Origin: Trueperaceae bacterium
GTDB taxonomy: Bacteria > Deinococcota > Deinococci > Deinococcales > Trueperaceae
Reading direction: 5' to 3'
NCBI GenBank assembly: GCA_965215565.1
Contig: CBDCDZ010000004.1
Span: 4,320,001-4,384,000, forward strand
Length of the DNA stretch: 64,000 nt
Shown: in pieces, positions 30,077 to 39,309 of the stretch
How the letters are laid out: every line of letters begins with the position of its first letter
Numbering within the stretch: position 1 is the stretch's first letter
Notes under the pieces: model-generated
The model's database searches: none
Told to the model about the DNA's origin: nothing
The model's input: only the letters and a program-made list of their open reading frames with translations
Program-made: the position numbers and the translations under genes

Positions 30077-30465
30077 CTATTCCCCACAGGCGTGGGGATG
30101 AACCGAACCAATGGTGCGAATAGGCTCAACTATTCCCCACAGGCGTGGGGATGAACCGACACCGTGTGCGAAGAAACGGTGCATGATTTCCTATTCCCCA
30201 CAGGCGTGGGGATGAACCGTATAGACACTCGGACCCAAGCGGCGAAACATGCCCTATTCCCCACAGGCGTGGGGATGAACCGAGATGGATACATCCAACT
30301 GGCACATTCAGGACCTATTCCCCACAGGCGTGGGGATGAACCGCCTCTCTCTTCACCTTCAGTTTTTTGGCTAGCCTATTCCCCACAGGCGTGGGGATGA
30401 ACCGTAGAACTCGTCGATTTGCCCGATGTCCTTGCCCTATTCCCCACAGGCGTGGGGATGAACCG
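30077..30465 (+). CRISPR. Type I-E CRISPR array 2: 7 repeats, 6 spacers (24, 32, 34, 32, 32, 32 bp)
   Basis: CTATTCCCCACAGGCGTGGGGATGAACCG at 30077, 30130, 30191, 30254, 30315, 30376, 30437. Confidence 0.98.
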
Positions 30466-30477
30466 CTGAATGAGAAA

Positions 30478-30510
30478 GCCCCTAGTTGGGCTAGGGGTCT
30501 TTTCTTTTTG
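30478..30510 (+). terminator. Intrinsic terminator after array 2
   Basis: GCCCCTAG-ttggg-CTAGGGGT then T-rich tract. Confidence 0.8.
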
Positions 30511-30527
30511 ACTCAGTGGACTTTTCT

Positions 30528-30603
30528 TGGTGGAGCTGGGGGGATTCGAACCCCCGACCTCGTGAGTGCGATTCACGCGCGCTCCCAACTGCGCCACAGC
30601 CCC
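30528..30603 (-). tRNA. tRNA-Ala(CGC)
   Basis: GGGGCTGTGGCGCAGTTGGGAGCGCGCGTGAATCGCACTCACGAGGTCGGGGGTTCGAATCCCCCCAGCTCCACCA; 76 nt, G3:U70, CCA end. Confidence 0.97.
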
Positions 30604-30658
30604 AGGCTTTAAGAGTCTACCGCGCTATTAGAGAGGCGTCAAGCTAGGGAGAACATAG

Positions 30659-30877
30659 TAGCAGGTATCATCTGGTTTGAGTGCGCGGAGCGATGCGAAG
30701 CAACAATCTCACTTTGAAAAGCAGTGTTCAGCACGCAAATTCAGAGATGAAATCCCGCTAGCTTCGCTGAGACCTTTGGCGTTGCCAAAACTTCCGTTTG
30801 CGTAGCCCTTACTTCGTGAAGCTTCGCGCACCTTCGGGAGAAGCGCTCATCCGTCTCAGTATGTTTTGGAATTGCTA
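30659..30877 (+). repeat. Family A element with two internal mini-hairpin inserts
   Basis: Same ends and core as 18390/42669 plus inserts near 30683-30703 and 30750-30842. Confidence 0.85.
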
Positions 30878-30933
30878 AAGAATAGGGTCCTGCGTTCCTT
30901 CCCTTTGCCTCCGCTGACCTCTTAGTGCTCGAG

Positions 30934-31427
30934 CTAAGATACCTCTTCACGCTGCGCTAACTCCGCGAGCTTGTCGAACTGCTTCATTGTCCCGAGCGAG
31001 ATGAGGTGGTCTCCCGCGCTCAGCACGAAGTCTCCGCCTGGATTGCTGCCTTGTCTTCCACTTTGCGCCTTTCGTCCTGACCGCTGAGCTGCACCGCCAC
31101 GAGGTGTTCCATGACCGCTGTGGAGAGGTAAAAGAGGCTCGCGATGCCCGTCATCGCTACGACTACCGTAAAGATGCGCCCGACGCCGCTGAGTGGATGA
31201 ATTTCATTATAGCCCACCGTCGTGATGGTGATAAAGGTCATGTAGAGGGCGTCGAGCCAAGTGCCGCCCTCGCTGAGCCACAAGAGGTAGTAGCCGAACG
31301 TGCCGACGACGATGATGCCGACAGCCAGAACAATGGGGTACTTGAGACGACGGATGAGGTCGGAGAAGTTCGGTTCGTGAGCGTCTGGCACGAGGGTATT
31401 ATCTCCCAAATCCGGTGGATGATACAA
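30934..31427 (-). pseudogene. TrkA-type potassium channel gene with internal deletion
   Basis: Pore TITTVGYNE intact; out-of-frame TrkA-C tail NPGGDFVLSAGDHLISLGT follows directly; NAD-binding RCK domain absent. Confidence 0.8.
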
Positions 31428-31453
31428 ACCATTAGAGGTTGACGCGGCGTCCG

Positions 31454-32206
31454 CTACCAGTAGAGGTCATACCTCGTATTCTTACTTCGCACCTCGGCGT
31501 TCGGTTTTCGGTCTCCCAGTGTCGGCGCGCTGCGCGGGCGCTTCACTACGGCGCGCTTTCGGGCGCAGGTCAGTGCGGCATCTAAGACCTCAGCCGCGTC
31601 TTCGTCGCCACCTACCAATATCCGAAAGAGACGCATCTCCTTTTTCTGCAACGCGGACTTGTTGCCGTGCGGGTACATCGGGTCTAAGTAGACTACGTCG
31701 GGGCGCTCTGCGCCTGGCAGGGCGCGCATGACCTCGGCTGCCTGCCCGACGGTGAGCGACATGTGCGCGGCGACGGCGGACGTTTCAGGCTCCTGCCCGG
31801 CCCGCCGCAGCCCGTCCTCCAAAAGTGCCCCGACCACGGGCGACCTCTCGACGAGGTGGACGGTGCAGCCGAGCGTTGCTAGTACCCATGCGTCTTGCCC
31901 GAGCCCTGCGGTGGCGTCTAAAACGTGCGGCGCGTCGTCCGCTTTTAGGCCTACCGCCCGCGCCAGCGGCTGCTTCTTGCCGCCGCCGAACCGCCGCCGA
32001 TGCGCCGCCTTGCCGCCGACGAAGTCCACGTAGACCGCGCCAGTCGGTGCGCCGACCTCGCGCAGCTCGAGCCGCGCTTCCGTCCAAACGAGCAAGAGGT
32101 CAGCCCCAGGGAACTCGAGCGAGGTGAGAGGTAAGCTCAGTCTCTTCGCGAGGTCTTGTGCTCGCTCAGCGGTCTGCTCGGAAGAGGGGGCAACAGCGAC
32201 GCGCAT
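31454..32206 (-). CDS. rsmJ: 16S rRNA m2G1516 methyltransferase
   Basis: HRRRFGGG, VLDATAGLGQD, VYLDPMYP, VVKRP. Confidence 0.93.
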   Translation of the reverse strand: MRVAVAPSSEQTAERAQDLAKRLSLPLTSLEFPGADLLLVWTEARLELREVGAPTGAVYVDFVGGKAAHRRRFGGGKKQPLARAVGLKADDAPHVLDATAGLGQDAWVLATLGCTVHLVERSPVVGALLEDGLRRAGQEPETSAVAAHMSLTVGQAAEVMRALPGAERPDVVYLDPMYPHGNKSALQKKEMRLFRILVGGDEDAAEVLDAALTCARKRAVVKRPRSAPTLGDRKPNAEVRSKNTRYDLYW

Positions 32207-32357
32207 GACGTCTATTTTAAGAGGTGCTGCGCTCAGCAAAACGTTGTCAGGTTAGCGTTTCCAAAAGGTTCTGCGCCAATTGTAGCTGAGGGTAATGTTG
32301 TTAAAAGGTCAATTTGATACCTTAATATTTAAGGCATTTATACCACAGGAGGATATT

Positions 32358-32741
32358 ATGGCAGTCGATGATTTAAGACAAAACAAGATGATGACGCACT
32401 TGTTGGAGAGCCTCGAGGACGGCAAAGACATCGGTCACTACGGACGCTTGGTGTTCACGATGGTGGCGCGTCACTTCGTGAGTAACGACGAACTCGTCGA
32501 CCTCTTAGCGCAGGATAAAGATGAGGACAAGGACGAGGCGAGGGGTCTGGTGCAGCAGGTCGAAGACGCGGACTATAGCCCGCCCAGCCGCGACACCATC
32601 CTCGGCTATCACAAGCAGCAAGACTTTCCGATCCTGCCCGACGCGGACGACCCGGACGTTGGCAACGTCTATCAGGATTTGACCTTCCCTGACCATGTGT
32701 ACGAGAGCATCGCGGAGTACCGGGAGCAGAAGGCGAGCTAG
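32358..32741 (+). CDS. Hypothetical protein
   Basis: AGGAGG RBS; DIGHYGRLVFTMVARHF; host-like codon use. Confidence 0.8.
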   Translation: MAVDDLRQNKMMTHLLESLEDGKDIGHYGRLVFTMVARHFVSNDELVDLLAQDKDEDKDEARGLVQQVEDADYSPPSRDTILGYHKQQDFPILPDADDPDVGNVYQDLTFPDHVYESIAEYREQKAS

Positions 32742-32743
32742 AA

Positions 32744-32815
32744 AGTAGCAATGAGCAACGAGCAATGAGTCTAAAGCCTTTCACTCGTTGCTCATTGCTT
32801 TTAACTCATTGCTGC
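32744..32815. repeat. Heptamer (AGCAATG) repeats in inverted arrangement between convergent genes
   Basis: AGCAATGAGCAACGAG...CTCGTTGCTCATTGCT. Confidence 0.65.
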
Positions 32816-32816
32816 T

Positions 32817-33347
32817 TTACTCAACAACGACGCGGTACGTGAAGACCTCTTCTTGGGCGGGCTCCACCGGCGTGAGCAGCGTCCAGCGGACTGCAGCGTA
32901 GGCGCTTGGCGCGACGACGTCACCTGAGCCGCCCGTTCCCTCGTCCGAGCTTGTCACGGGTGGCTCGCTGTAGGTCTCGCCGTCGGCGGTGAATTCGGTC
33001 AAGATGCGTTCCGAACTCGGCGTAGCGGAATCTTCAATGTAGCGTGTGCCCTCGGGGATAGGCCCGGTAACGACTACCGTGCCAGCGGGCAAGGTGGTCT
33101 CCTCTTGGCTGCTGACTGTCAGCCGGTACTCGACGACTTGCCCCGGTCTGGCGGTCGAGGCGGCGCTGAAGCGCTCCTCCACGTCGCCGCTCTCATTTGT
33201 GACCTCGCTGACGACGAACGCCTCAACGCCCACCGTGACGGGTTCGGTACCGCTCTGCGTGCCGCTCTCGCCGCCGGTTTGTGCCCCTGCGAATCCTAAT
33301 GCGGTTAAACAAATGGTGAGGTAGAAAATCGTTACTTTACGCTGCAT
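32817..33347 (-). CDS. Secreted protein, DUF11-like
   Basis: Signal peptide; ARPGQVVEYRL, GPIPEGTRYI, YAAVRWTL. Confidence 0.7.
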   Translation of the reverse strand: MQRKVTIFYLTICLTALGFAGAQTGGESGTQSGTEPVTVGVEAFVVSEVTNESGDVEERFSAASTARPGQVVEYRLTVSSQEETTLPAGTVVVTGPIPEGTRYIEDSATPSSERILTEFTADGETYSEPPVTSSDEGTGGSGDVVAPSAYAAVRWTLLTPVEPAQEEVFTYRVVVE

Positions 33348-33577
33348 GACTGCCTCCAAAGCTTGGCTTGATTTTAGTTTCTCAGTCGCGTTATCGCTGC
33401 TCTCATCTATCGTGCCTGACTTTACCTACAAACATATGAAAGAATCATTAAGGTAGTCGGTGTAGAGTGGATTTTACGCTGCTTAATTGGAAGGTTAAGA
33501 GGTTGTTTTGCTATGTTCTTCTTGTCTAAAATCGAAGTTGAACTCGAGCCTCCCTACGAACTTACAACACTGCCGCT

Positions 33578-35083
33578 CTAGCCCGAGGCTACCTGTAAGC
33601 CTCGGCTGCGCTCCTTCTCCACCTCCGCGCTGCTGAGCGTTTGGGGCACGCTTCCGATGCCGAGCCCCACGAGCGCCCAGATGAGCGGATCGACATTCTG
33701 CGTGGCGAACCAGAACATACCGTAGAGCAGATATGTGGCGAGGGCGAGCAGCGTGGCGAGGGCGAGGGGGGTGTGCGCCCGGTAGAGCAGCCTCGAGCAG
33801 GCGAGCAAAAACCCCATGAAGAGAAGCATCGCGGGCAAGCCGCTGGCGAAAGCAATATCTAGAAAGTAGTTGTGGACGCCGTAGGGGTTCATCGCGGTGA
33901 GCGTAAGGGTGCCCGTTTCGGGGTGCGTGTAAATCGCGAGCTTGCCGACGCGGAGCGCGTCTTTGGCGATAGGCTCGGGCAGAAATTCGCGCATGAGCGT
34001 GTCAGCTTGTTCGGGCGTAGCGAGCGGCCACACGACGTTGGCGAGCGCGTACGCGCCGTGACCCGTCAGCGGGCGCTGCGCTATCGCCTGCGCCGCCACG
34101 TCCCAAAGGATCATGCGGTGCGAGACGTTCGCGTCTTCGCCCTGCACCGCCGCGCCGATTCGCCCCATGCGAAACTGCGCGTGAGACGAGGTTTGCACCA
34201 CGCCAAAGCCAGCGCCCAGCGCGAGCGCGCTCAGGAGCAACACCCGCGCGCGGTAGCGCTGCGTGTAGAAGAGGATGTAGCCAACCAATACGCCCAGCAC
34301 CATCACGGCGGCGAGGAGCCCCGCGCGGCCGCCGCTCGCCACGAGCGCGGCGGCTAAGACCGCGATGAGCACGCCGTCTACGAGGCTGAGCTGCGCCGAG
34401 AGTGCGCGCCACGAAAACCAGAAGACGAGCGCGACGCCTACAAACGCAGAAACATACGCCTGATGTCCCATCGAAGCCAAGAGGTTCGTGCGGAGCTGCG
34501 TCGCCGGATCGAGTAGCGACATCGGCTCGAACCCGTGCGCCTCGGTCAGCGTCCAGAGGCCTACTAAAGCTGCGCCCCCTATCATCATCATGAGGGGGAC
34601 GCGCAGCGGCAGCACCTTGCTCGAGGCTAAGACCGCCGCGATCAGCGCCAAGCTGTACCAGGCGCTCTCGAGCACCTTGATGACCACGCTCTCGAGCTGG
34701 TTGCTTAAAAAGGGCAGACCGAAGTTGAGGTTGGCAGGACTGAAAAAACTCGCGACGATGAGCGAGAGGATAAACGCGCCGAGCCACCAGAAGGTGGTCT
34801 GCGCGGGCGGCGGTACGAGTCCCGACAAGAGGCGCGAGGAGGGCACGCCGTCACCTCGCAACCTCTTCGCGCGCCAGATGACTAGCGCCACGCCGAGCAC
34901 CCAGAGCAGCACGAAGGTGACGACTTTGGGCACGAGCGTCTCGATCTGTTCCTCCTCCTGAAAGTCGGCGATCGAGGTGGGAAACGCCCGCACGAGCGTG
35001 TCGGGCAAGCGCCCCAAGGGAAATACAATGAAGATGAGAGACCAGAAGAGAAGATGTAAGGTGCGTTCTGTAGAGTGGGTCAT
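33578..35083 (-). CDS. O-antigen ligase family membrane protein
   Basis: Multi-TM; SGGRAG; HRMILW...RPLTGHG; HNYFLD; start uncertain. Confidence 0.85.
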   Translation of the reverse strand: MTHSTERTLHLLFWSLIFIVFPLGRLPDTLVRAFPTSIADFQEEEQIETLVPKVVTFVLLWVLGVALVIWRAKRLRGDGVPSSRLLSGLVPPPAQTTFWWLGAFILSLIVASFFSPANLNFGLPFLSNQLESVVIKVLESAWYSLALIAAVLASSKVLPLRVPLMMMIGGAALVGLWTLTEAHGFEPMSLLDPATQLRTNLLASMGHQAYVSAFVGVALVFWFSWRALSAQLSLVDGVLIAVLAAALVASGGRAGLLAAVMVLGVLVGYILFYTQRYRARVLLLSALALGAGFGVVQTSSHAQFRMGRIGAAVQGEDANVSHRMILWDVAAQAIAQRPLTGHGAYALANVVWPLATPEQADTLMREFLPEPIAKDALRVGKLAIYTHPETGTLTLTAMNPYGVHNYFLDIAFASGLPAMLLFMGFLLACSRLLYRAHTPLALATLLALATYLLYGMFWFATQNVDPLIWALVGLGIGSVPQTLSSAEVEKERSRGLQVASG

Positions 35084-35735
35084 CTTGGAAAAAGGAGGCG
35101 CTTTCTGTACCCCGTTGGGGTCTATCGTCGTTGGGCTGTCTCTATTTTTAGAGTTCACAAAGCTTGCGCAGGTGCTAGCACGTTCGCGCCTCTAGCTTAC
35201 CGCCTCTCTCATGTGAATGATTATGCTCGCGTCACAACGACACGCTTAGGTTTATGGTTACAGAGTGTTTTGGGTCATCTATTTCACATAGTGCGCTGTC
35301 AGCGAGATGAGGAAACCACGCTCCTGATGTGTAGAAAGAACCGAAAAGCGTTTGGGACCAAAAGACTCGAGAAGGAAACGCAATGCGAGCGCAGAACGGG
35401 GTATGAACACATCCGCCTGCTACCTCTAAGCTAGGACGGGTGCTAAAACGTGAGCTGACATGTCGGTCACGGCTCGAGGGCCTGCTCGTTCAATCTCATT
35501 CAGTTTTCGGCAAAAGCGCGGCGGCGTTGCGGGAAATATACCATCTTTGTGACCTTGGGTCTCGAGATGTACTCCCGTTTCAGCTCTGCGCAGCCTCTCC
35601 GCGCCGAAAACTCGTCATACTATTAGGGTACATGAAAGGGTTGTGTGAACGGCTTTCCTGAGCGGGTTATGAGCCTTTCGCACAGGTAACGAGAACTCGT
35701 GTTCTCGTTGAGGGGGCAGTCCAGGAAGGAATGCG

Positions 35736-36710
35736 ATGAAGTACTACAAGGTTCCCCGTACCGACTTAGAGGTCAGCCGCCTCGCCTACGGTACCTGGCA
35801 TTTAGGCGGCACTTGGGACAAGACGCCGCCAGGCGATGAAATTAAGACGAGGGCAAGCGACCTCATCGTCAAGGCGTACGAACTTGGCGTCAACCACGTC
35901 GACTTGGCCGATATCTATACGCTCGGCAAGTCCGACGAGGTGGTGGGTTACGCCCTCAAACGAAACCCAAGGCTGCGTGACAAGCTGGTCCTGCAAGAAA
36001 AAGCGGGTATCATTATCGGCGACGATCCTGACTTCGGTCCGCCCTCACGCTACGACTTTTCGTTCGACCATCTCGTGAAGGCCGTCGAAACGAGCTTGCG
36101 TCGTCTGGGCACGGACTACGTCGACCTCTTGGCCTTTCACCGCCCCGATCCGCTCGTCGATTTAGAAGAGGTGGCGCGGGCGGTAGAACATTTGCACAGC
36201 GCGGGTATGGTGCGCTACTTCGGGGTGAGCAACCACAGCGCGGCGCAAGTCGAGCTGCTCCAAAAACATCTGGACCAACCCCTGGTGGTGAATCAGCTCG
36301 AGCTGAGCCTTCTACATCCCTACTTGATTAGCAGTGGCGTCTTGGTGAACCGCGCGGACGCGCCTTTCGCGCACACGGACGGAACCCTGGAATACTGCCG
36401 CTTGAAGGGCATCATGGTGCAAGCCTGGTCGCCCGTCGCAGGCGGGCGGCTCTTTAAGGTTGCGGATGACGCGCCGCAAAACGAGCGGGACGCAGCGGAC
36501 CTCATTGCTAAACTCGCTGAGGAAAAGGAAACGAGCAAAGAGGCTATCGCGCTCTCGTGGCTGCTGCGTCACCCCGCTGGAATCCAGCCGATTTTAGGTA
36601 CCGAAAAGATTTCGCGCCTGGAAAGTTGCGCTCAGGCTGATGAGATAGGACTTACGCGCAGAGAGTGGTACAGCCTGTTAGAAGCGGCGAGAGGGGAGAG
36701 CGTTCCCTGA
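35736..36710 (+). CDS. Aldo/keto reductase (YdhF/YcsN-like)
   Basis: [33 protein letters not shown]. Confidence 0.92.
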   Translation: MKYYKVPRTDLEVSRLAYGTWHLGGTWDKTPPGDEIKTRASDLIVKAYELGVNHVDLADIYTLGKSDEVVGYALKRNPRLRDKLVLQEKAGIIIGDDPDFGPPSRYDFSFDHLVKAVETSLRRLGTDYVDLLAFHRPDPLVDLEEVARAVEHLHSAGMVRYFGVSNHSAAQVELLQKHLDQPLVVNQLELSLLHPYLISSGVLVNRADAPFAHTDGTLEYCRLKGIMVQAWSPVAGGRLFKVADDAPQNERDAADLIAKLAEEKETSKEAIALSWLLRHPAGIQPILGTEKISRLESCAQADEIGLTRREWYSLLEAARGESVP

Positions 36711-37900
36711 TGCTAACGTCTAACCGAGAACCTGAAAAAGCCGGAAGTCCGAACATCAACGTCCGCTCCGCCCACCTCACCGGCGCGGAAGTCGCCTGGT
36801 TCGCGCCCATCTGCGACGACGATTACGAGTTTTTAGGCGTGCCCGATAAGGGTCTTAAATCGACCTTCGCGCACAGCGCCGATGTCCTCTTGCGCGCTGA
36901 CACGCTCGGCTACCGCAACATCTTATGCCCGTCGTCGTATCAAGTCGGGCAGGATACCTGGACGTTTGCCTCGGGCGTCGCGCCGCAGACACGAAATATC
37001 AACCTGCTCACCGCCATTCGCTGCGGCGAGTTGCACCCGCCGATGTTGGCGCGGGCCGTCGCGACGCTCGACCACATGCTCCAAGGGCGCTTGACTATCA
37101 ACATCATCTCGTCGAATTTGCCCGGTGAAGACCTGGACTCGGCGGCGCGGTACGGGCGCTCTCGTGAGGTCATAAAAATCTTAAAGCAAGCGTGGACGCA
37201 AGAGTATATCGACTTCTCGGGCGACTTCTACAACATCAAGCTGGACACGACGGAGCCCGTGAAGCCCTATCAGCAAGGCGGTCCGCTCCTCTACTTCGGC
37301 GGCTACTCCCCGGCTGGCAAAGACCTCTGCGCCGAGCACTGCGACGTCTACCTCATGTGGCCCGACACCGAAGAGAATTTGCGCGGGCATATGGAGGATT
37401 TGAGCGCGAGGGCCGAAGCGTACGGGCGCACCCTCGACTACGGCTTGCGCGTGCACGTCGTCGTGCGAGAGACCGAGGAAGAAGCGCGTGAGGCGGCGCA
37501 GAAGCTGGTGTCTAAACTCGACGACGTCAGAGGCTCCGAGATCAAAAACCGCGCTCTGGACGCCCGCACGCTAGGCGTCTCTCTCCAGAGCGAAGCGCGA
37601 AAAAAGTCCGACGCCGAAGGCTACGCTGAGCCGCACCTTTGGACGGGCATCGGGCGCGCCCGTTCGGGTTGCGGTGCGGCGCTCGTCGGTAACCCCGAGC
37701 AGATCACTGAAAAGTTGAGGCGCTATCACCAGATGGGCATCCGCGCCTTTATCCTCTCGGGCTATCCGAGCTTAGACGAATGTAAGCGCTTTGGGGAGCT
37801 GGTCTTGCCGGGGCTCGAGACCCTCTCCTTACCGCAAAAACTCGGACGCATTCCCTCAGAGGAGCCGCTGACGCCGCTGGGGGCAGGGCCGAGGCGGTGA
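36710..37900 (+). CDS. LLM-class flavin-dependent monooxygenase (SsuD-like)
   Basis: [43 protein letters not shown] overlap. Confidence 0.9.
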   Translation: MLTSNREPEKAGSPNINVRSAHLTGAEVAWFAPICDDDYEFLGVPDKGLKSTFAHSADVLLRADTLGYRNILCPSSYQVGQDTWTFASGVAPQTRNINLLTAIRCGELHPPMLARAVATLDHMLQGRLTINIISSNLPGEDLDSAARYGRSREVIKILKQAWTQEYIDFSGDFYNIKLDTTEPVKPYQQGGPLLYFGGYSPAGKDLCAEHCDVYLMWPDTEENLRGHMEDLSARAEAYGRTLDYGLRVHVVVRETEEEAREAAQKLVSKLDDVRGSEIKNRALDARTLGVSLQSEARKKSDAEGYAEPHLWTGIGRARSGCGAALVGNPEQITEKLRRYHQMGIRAFILSGYPSLDECKRFGELVLPGLETLSLPQKLGRIPSEEPLTPLGAGPRR

Positions 37901-37924
37901 AAGAGCTAAAGTATTAAGGCGTTT

Positions 37925-37997
37925 TTAGCATTTCAGCTCGTCAGTGTGTCAGCACTTCAGGGGAAAATCTGAAGTGCTGACACGCTGAAATGCTGAG
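37925..37997. repeat. Octamer-periodic long hairpin between convergent genes
   Basis: GTGTGTCAGCACTTCAG...CTGAAGTGCTGACACGC. Confidence 0.7.
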
Positions 37998-38001
37998 TTG
38001 C

Positions 38002-39309
38002 TTATCCTTTGACCCCCCCCGCCTGCGTCTGCCCCGTCAGCGCTTCCTGGAACGAGTAGAAGATAAATAAAATCGGCAAACTCCCTAAGACCGCGCTCGC
38101 CGCGAGCGAGCCCCACTGCGTGTTGAACTGCTGCCCGGCGCTAAACGTGCGCAGCCCGATGCCGATGGTCCAGCGGTTGTCGCCGGTCAAGAGGATGTTG
38201 GCTAAGATGAACTCGCTATACGTGCCGATGAACTGCAACAAGAAGATGAAGATGAGCATCGGCACGCTTAGAGGCAAGATGATGCGCCAGAATGCGCCCC
38301 AGCGCGTCGCGCCGTCCACCATCGCCGCCTCTTCCAAACTCGGGCTGACCGATTCCAGATATCCTTTGAAAATCCACGACGAAAAGGCAATTGCGCCGCC
38401 CGAATACGCCAGAATCAAGCCGACGAAGGAGTTGAGCAGCCCTAAGAAGTTCATGAGGTAGAAAATAGCGACAATCGCCATAAACGCCGGGAACATCTGC
38501 ACGAAAACAAAGGTCAGGAGTGTCCCGTAGCGCCCCTCGAACTTCATGCGGGCGAAGGCGTAGCCCGCCGTCGCGCTGATGATCACGGCGAGTAGCCCGG
38601 TGACCCCCGATACAAGCAGCGTGTTGCGGATGAAGAGCACCACTTTCTTCTCACTCGCCGACGCTTGGCGCTGACCGTTCTCGTTGACCCTGTAGAACTG
38701 CTCGGGCGTGATGCTGAGCACTAAAATAGCCGCCGAGAGGAAGAGCGTCCAGCCGAAAATCGTCTGCAGCCGCTCCGTGCGAACGCCGCCGCCCATGCGC
38801 TTACGGATGGCAACGAAGGTGAGCCCGACGATAGCGAGCACGAACACCGCGATCAAAATCCACTGGTACCAGAGGATGTGCGTTTCGCTCAGGATTCTCT
38901 GATACTGCACGAATGAAAAGCGCGACGGGTCGGGTAGGATTCCGGCGCGCACCAAGAGGTTGCCCTCGTTTGGCGGCGCAGAAAGTAGGTTGTTGTTGCG
39001 GTTAAAGGAGACCGCGACTAAGTTGATGACCGGGTAGAGCACCAGCACGAGCGCCACCCAGATGAACATGTGCGTAGCGGAGGTCAGCGCGTACTGCGTC
39101 GCCTTAGCGGGGCGCGTGGCGCGTCCGTAGAGGTACGCCGCCAAGCCGATGCCACCTGTGATAAGCACGAAAGCGAGCAAGAACCACGCCCAGCCGTACG
39201 GGATGACGAGGAACTGACCGCGCCGCTCCTGCGCAAAGGCGACAGAGAAACTGAGTAGAGCGAGTAGGGGGAGGGCCCTAGCCGCCATCATAGTCGTACG
39301 GTTCATCAT
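38002..39309 (-). CDS. malG: Maltodextrin ABC permease MalG-like
   Basis: VQMFPAF, SLEEAAMVDGA EAA loop; extended N-terminus. Confidence 0.85.
   Translation of the reverse strand: MMNRTTMMAARALPLLALLSFSVAFAQERRGQFLVIPYGWAWFLLAFVLITGGIGLAAYLYGRATRPAKATQYALTSATHMFIWVALVLVLYPVINLVAVSFNRNNNLLSAPPNEGNLLVRAGILPDPSRFSFVQYQRILSETHILWYQWILIAVFVLAIVGLTFVAIRKRMGGGVRTERLQTIFGWTLFLSAAILVLSITPEQFYRVNENGQRQASASEKKVVLFIRNTLLVSGVTGLLAVIISATAGYAFARMKFEGRYGTLLTFVFVQMFPAFMAIVAIFYLMNFLGLLNSFVGLILAYSGGAIAFSSWIFKGYLESVSPSLEEAAMVDGATRWGAFWRIILPLSVPMLIFIFLLQFIGTYSEFILANILLTGDNRWTIGIGLRTFSAGQQFNTQWGSLAASAVLGSLPILFIFYSFQEALTGQTQAGGVKG

Noticed and set aside
30164..30612. ORFs over array 2/tRNA and array 1 (19048-19329)
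   Set aside because: Translations of CRISPR repeats and tRNA
35160..35735. Long intergenic region as ncRNA or riboswitch
   Set aside because: No recognisable motif or strong structure
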